The notes below the pieces were generated by a model, which was given only the letters and a program-made list of their open reading frames with translations, ran no database searches and had not been told where the DNA came from. From Narcine bancroftii (taxonomy: Eukaryota): a stretch of 64,000 nucleotides of DNA. This document shows positions 61,830-64,000 of the stretch, piece after piece. The translations under genes were made by a program, and so were the position numbers. The stretch covers positions 99,882,001 to 99,946,000 of the forward strand of contig NC_091479.1 of NCBI RefSeq assembly GCF_036971445.1. Direction: 5' to 3'. How positions within the stretch are numbered: the first letter of the stretch is position 1; every line of letters starts with the position of its first letter.

Positions 61830-62574
61830 ATTTACACCATTGAAACTTTGTCGTTACACTTCCCTCTGTTTGTTCCCCTTGGTCTCTTCCCCTCAGTGCT
61901 CTGTAATGGGAGGAGTCTAGACTGTGGTCCTTCCCTACATCGCCCTCGTGATGGCTGTTAGAAGCCTCAGTGCATCCCTCAGCAGGTACTCCTGCAGCCT
62001 GGAATGTGTCTGTCGGCAACATTCCCACAACGACATATCGTGTGCTGAAAGACCAAAGATTGAGTTGATGGTCTTCCAGCAGTTCTGGATGTTTCACTCT
62101 TGTGTGTGTGTGTGTGACTGGGAATAGCCTGTAACTGGCCCCATCAACCCTTTGGAATGTTTTACCAATGAATTAAAGTTGTCTTGCTCTCCTGGTTCAT
62201 CAAATAAGAAAGTCTTGGTACATGTGCTTGGTTCTCCTTGGGTCACCGGAGGTACAGCCCTCAGTGATGGGGTCATCTCTCCATGGTCAGCATCAACCTA
62301 ATAAGCCAGTGTACAAAAGAATTGTATTCACCAAATCTCTCTTGCTTCCTGTTCTCCAAGATCCTGCTTCCAGGAAATTCTCTCACCATTGAATGATCTA
62401 GGGGTAACGACATTTTAACACAAAAGGCGATGCCTCAGTCTCTCACTACCAGGGGTTTAGTTTATGGCTTTGGCATCTGAAGGGAAAGAGATGTTTGCTT
62501 TGCACAGGGTGACAAGGAGATTCACCAACATGTTGATAAAAGACTGCAGATCTTCACCAGGATTTGGATTTGGA

Positions 62575-62805
62575 GGGAACAGGCCCCTCCAGCCCATAAG
62601 CTCTCGGCACTCAAATAGGCCAATGTGACTAATTAACCCATAACCCCTGTATGATTTTGGACCATGGAAGGAAACCGGGGCGTCCGGAGGAAAGCCACGC
62701 AAGCACAGGGAGAACATACAAGCTCCTTACAGACAATGCTGGATTCGAACCCAAACCACTGGCGCCGTAATAGCATTGCGCTAACTTCTACACCAACCGT
62801 GCCGT
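62575..62805 (-). mobile_element. V-SINE (HE1-like)
   Basis: Reverse-complement family match ending caaccgtgccgtcc. Confidence 0.8.
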
Positions 62806-63502
62806 CCTGAGCACATTGCCTGAATTGGGAGCATTTTGGTTATAAAATGAGCAAACAATGGTACAGTACAGGAACAGGCCCTTCAGTCCATCTAGTCTGT
62901 AGCAAACTATTATTCCTCCCAGATCCATCGACTTGCAGCCAGCAATTTTTTTCCTGGCACAGCAATATCCAGAGGACATCTGTTTAAAATGAGTGGAGAA
63001 AGGTTTAGGGGAGAGGTCAGAGATAAAGTGTTTTTTTTTACACAGAGAGTGGCGGGTGCCTGGAGTGCATTGCCGAGGGTGGTGGTGGAGGCTGGTAGAA
63101 TAGGGACATTCAAAAAACTCACATGGACAGGTGCATGGATGCAATAAAAATAGAGGCTCATGGGGGTGAGGTAGTTTAACAGAGCACAGTGCAACATCGT
63201 GGGGCCAAGGGCCTGTACTGTTCTGGAATGTTCTATGGGCATCCCCCATTGGTGTCCTCATTACAGAGAATCCTGGAACACCTGGTGGGGGAGGGCTTTG
63301 ATCAAGGACTGCTGAAGGTTCAATAACACCACCTTCCTGGACCTGGAGGACTGAAGGGGTTCAAGAAGGCAGCTGAATACCCCACCTTCACAGGGGCACT
63401 GAGGGATAGGCGACCAAATGCTGCCTCAGTCTGTGAAGCCCACATCCCTTGAATGAATAAGAAAAACAATTCAGAGGGTCATTTGTCTAAATGGGACTGA
63501 AG

Positions 63503-63549
63503 TTACACTCAGACCAATGTGGATTACACTCAGACCCATGTGGATTACA
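63503..63549. repeat. 21-bp tandem duplication
   Basis: ttacactcagaccaatgtgga ttacactcagacccatgtgga ttaca. Confidence 0.9.
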
Positions 63550-64000
63550 ACTCCCCTTAAGGCAGATGTTTTTGATTTTTTTAAAAATAAACCAAATGCC
63601 AATTCACGTCCAGCGCTCACCTTCAGAGGATTGTAACACCAGGAACCAGTCCAATGCTGTTTTACACATGCATGCATGCCTCTCCGCTGTGTGGGATGCA
63701 AGTGGTCGAATGCCAACCTGTCTTCCAACCTTGTCTGAGTCCCAGCAGGTTATGTGCATCACCCCCACCAGACCCACAGAGGAGCTCAGTCTATTGAGCC
63801 TCTGGTATTGGTTCAACTATTGGAAAAGATGAATAACTCCTGACTCCCGGCTTGGCTACTGGGTGAAGGGTGTCGCCCTGAGTTACCGGCCAGGAAACTT
63901 GCCCGTGCTCAGCGAGGGTGAAGGCGAGGAGCAAACCAGTCAGTATCAGGCTTGGCACCAGACCTGGCCGAGTGGCCGTCTAGACACTTGTGTGAAAAAA

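Larger units (their letters stand above)
14442..64000 (-). other. Probable large last intron of CHST11 (upstream exons lie outside the window)
   Basis: No sequence resembling the N-terminal transmembrane or stem exons was found upstream by eye. Vertebrate CHST11 has very long introns. Confidence 0.65.

Noticed and set aside
1389-62805. tRNA genes at the many GGTTCRAATCC motifs
   Set aside because: Each is the head of a SINE followed by a V-domain or tail, without a full cloverleaf.

Overview
Repeat-dense vertebrate genomic DNA, most likely from a cartilaginous fish (ray or shark). The inference rests on the repeat landscape: HE1/V-SINE-like SINEs, CR1, Rex1/Babar, RTE, Penelope-like elements and L1. 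Only one host gene is recognisable, the large terminal coding exon of carbohydrate sulfotransferase CHST11 (chondroitin 4-O-sulfotransferase 1) on the minus strand (13587-14441). Everything to its right is probably one large intron; sequence to its left is 3' UTR or intergenic, with a 139-N gap. Notable details: (1) a young 5'-truncated L1 with an uninterrupted ORF2, a perfect 15-bp TSD and a reading frame that stays open into the flank; (2) an RTE insertion with a twin-priming inversion; (3) about ten Penelope-derived minimal hammerhead-ribozyme-like motifs with a family-wide core variant, some in foldback palindromes; (4) a CRISPR-looking 53-bp array that is an amplified SINE B-box region; (5) an unexplained, CpG-undepleted, diverged direct repeat pair near 52 kb. 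I see no convincing new multi-gene system. Repeat boundaries were read by eye and are approximate unless a TSD or TIR is quoted.
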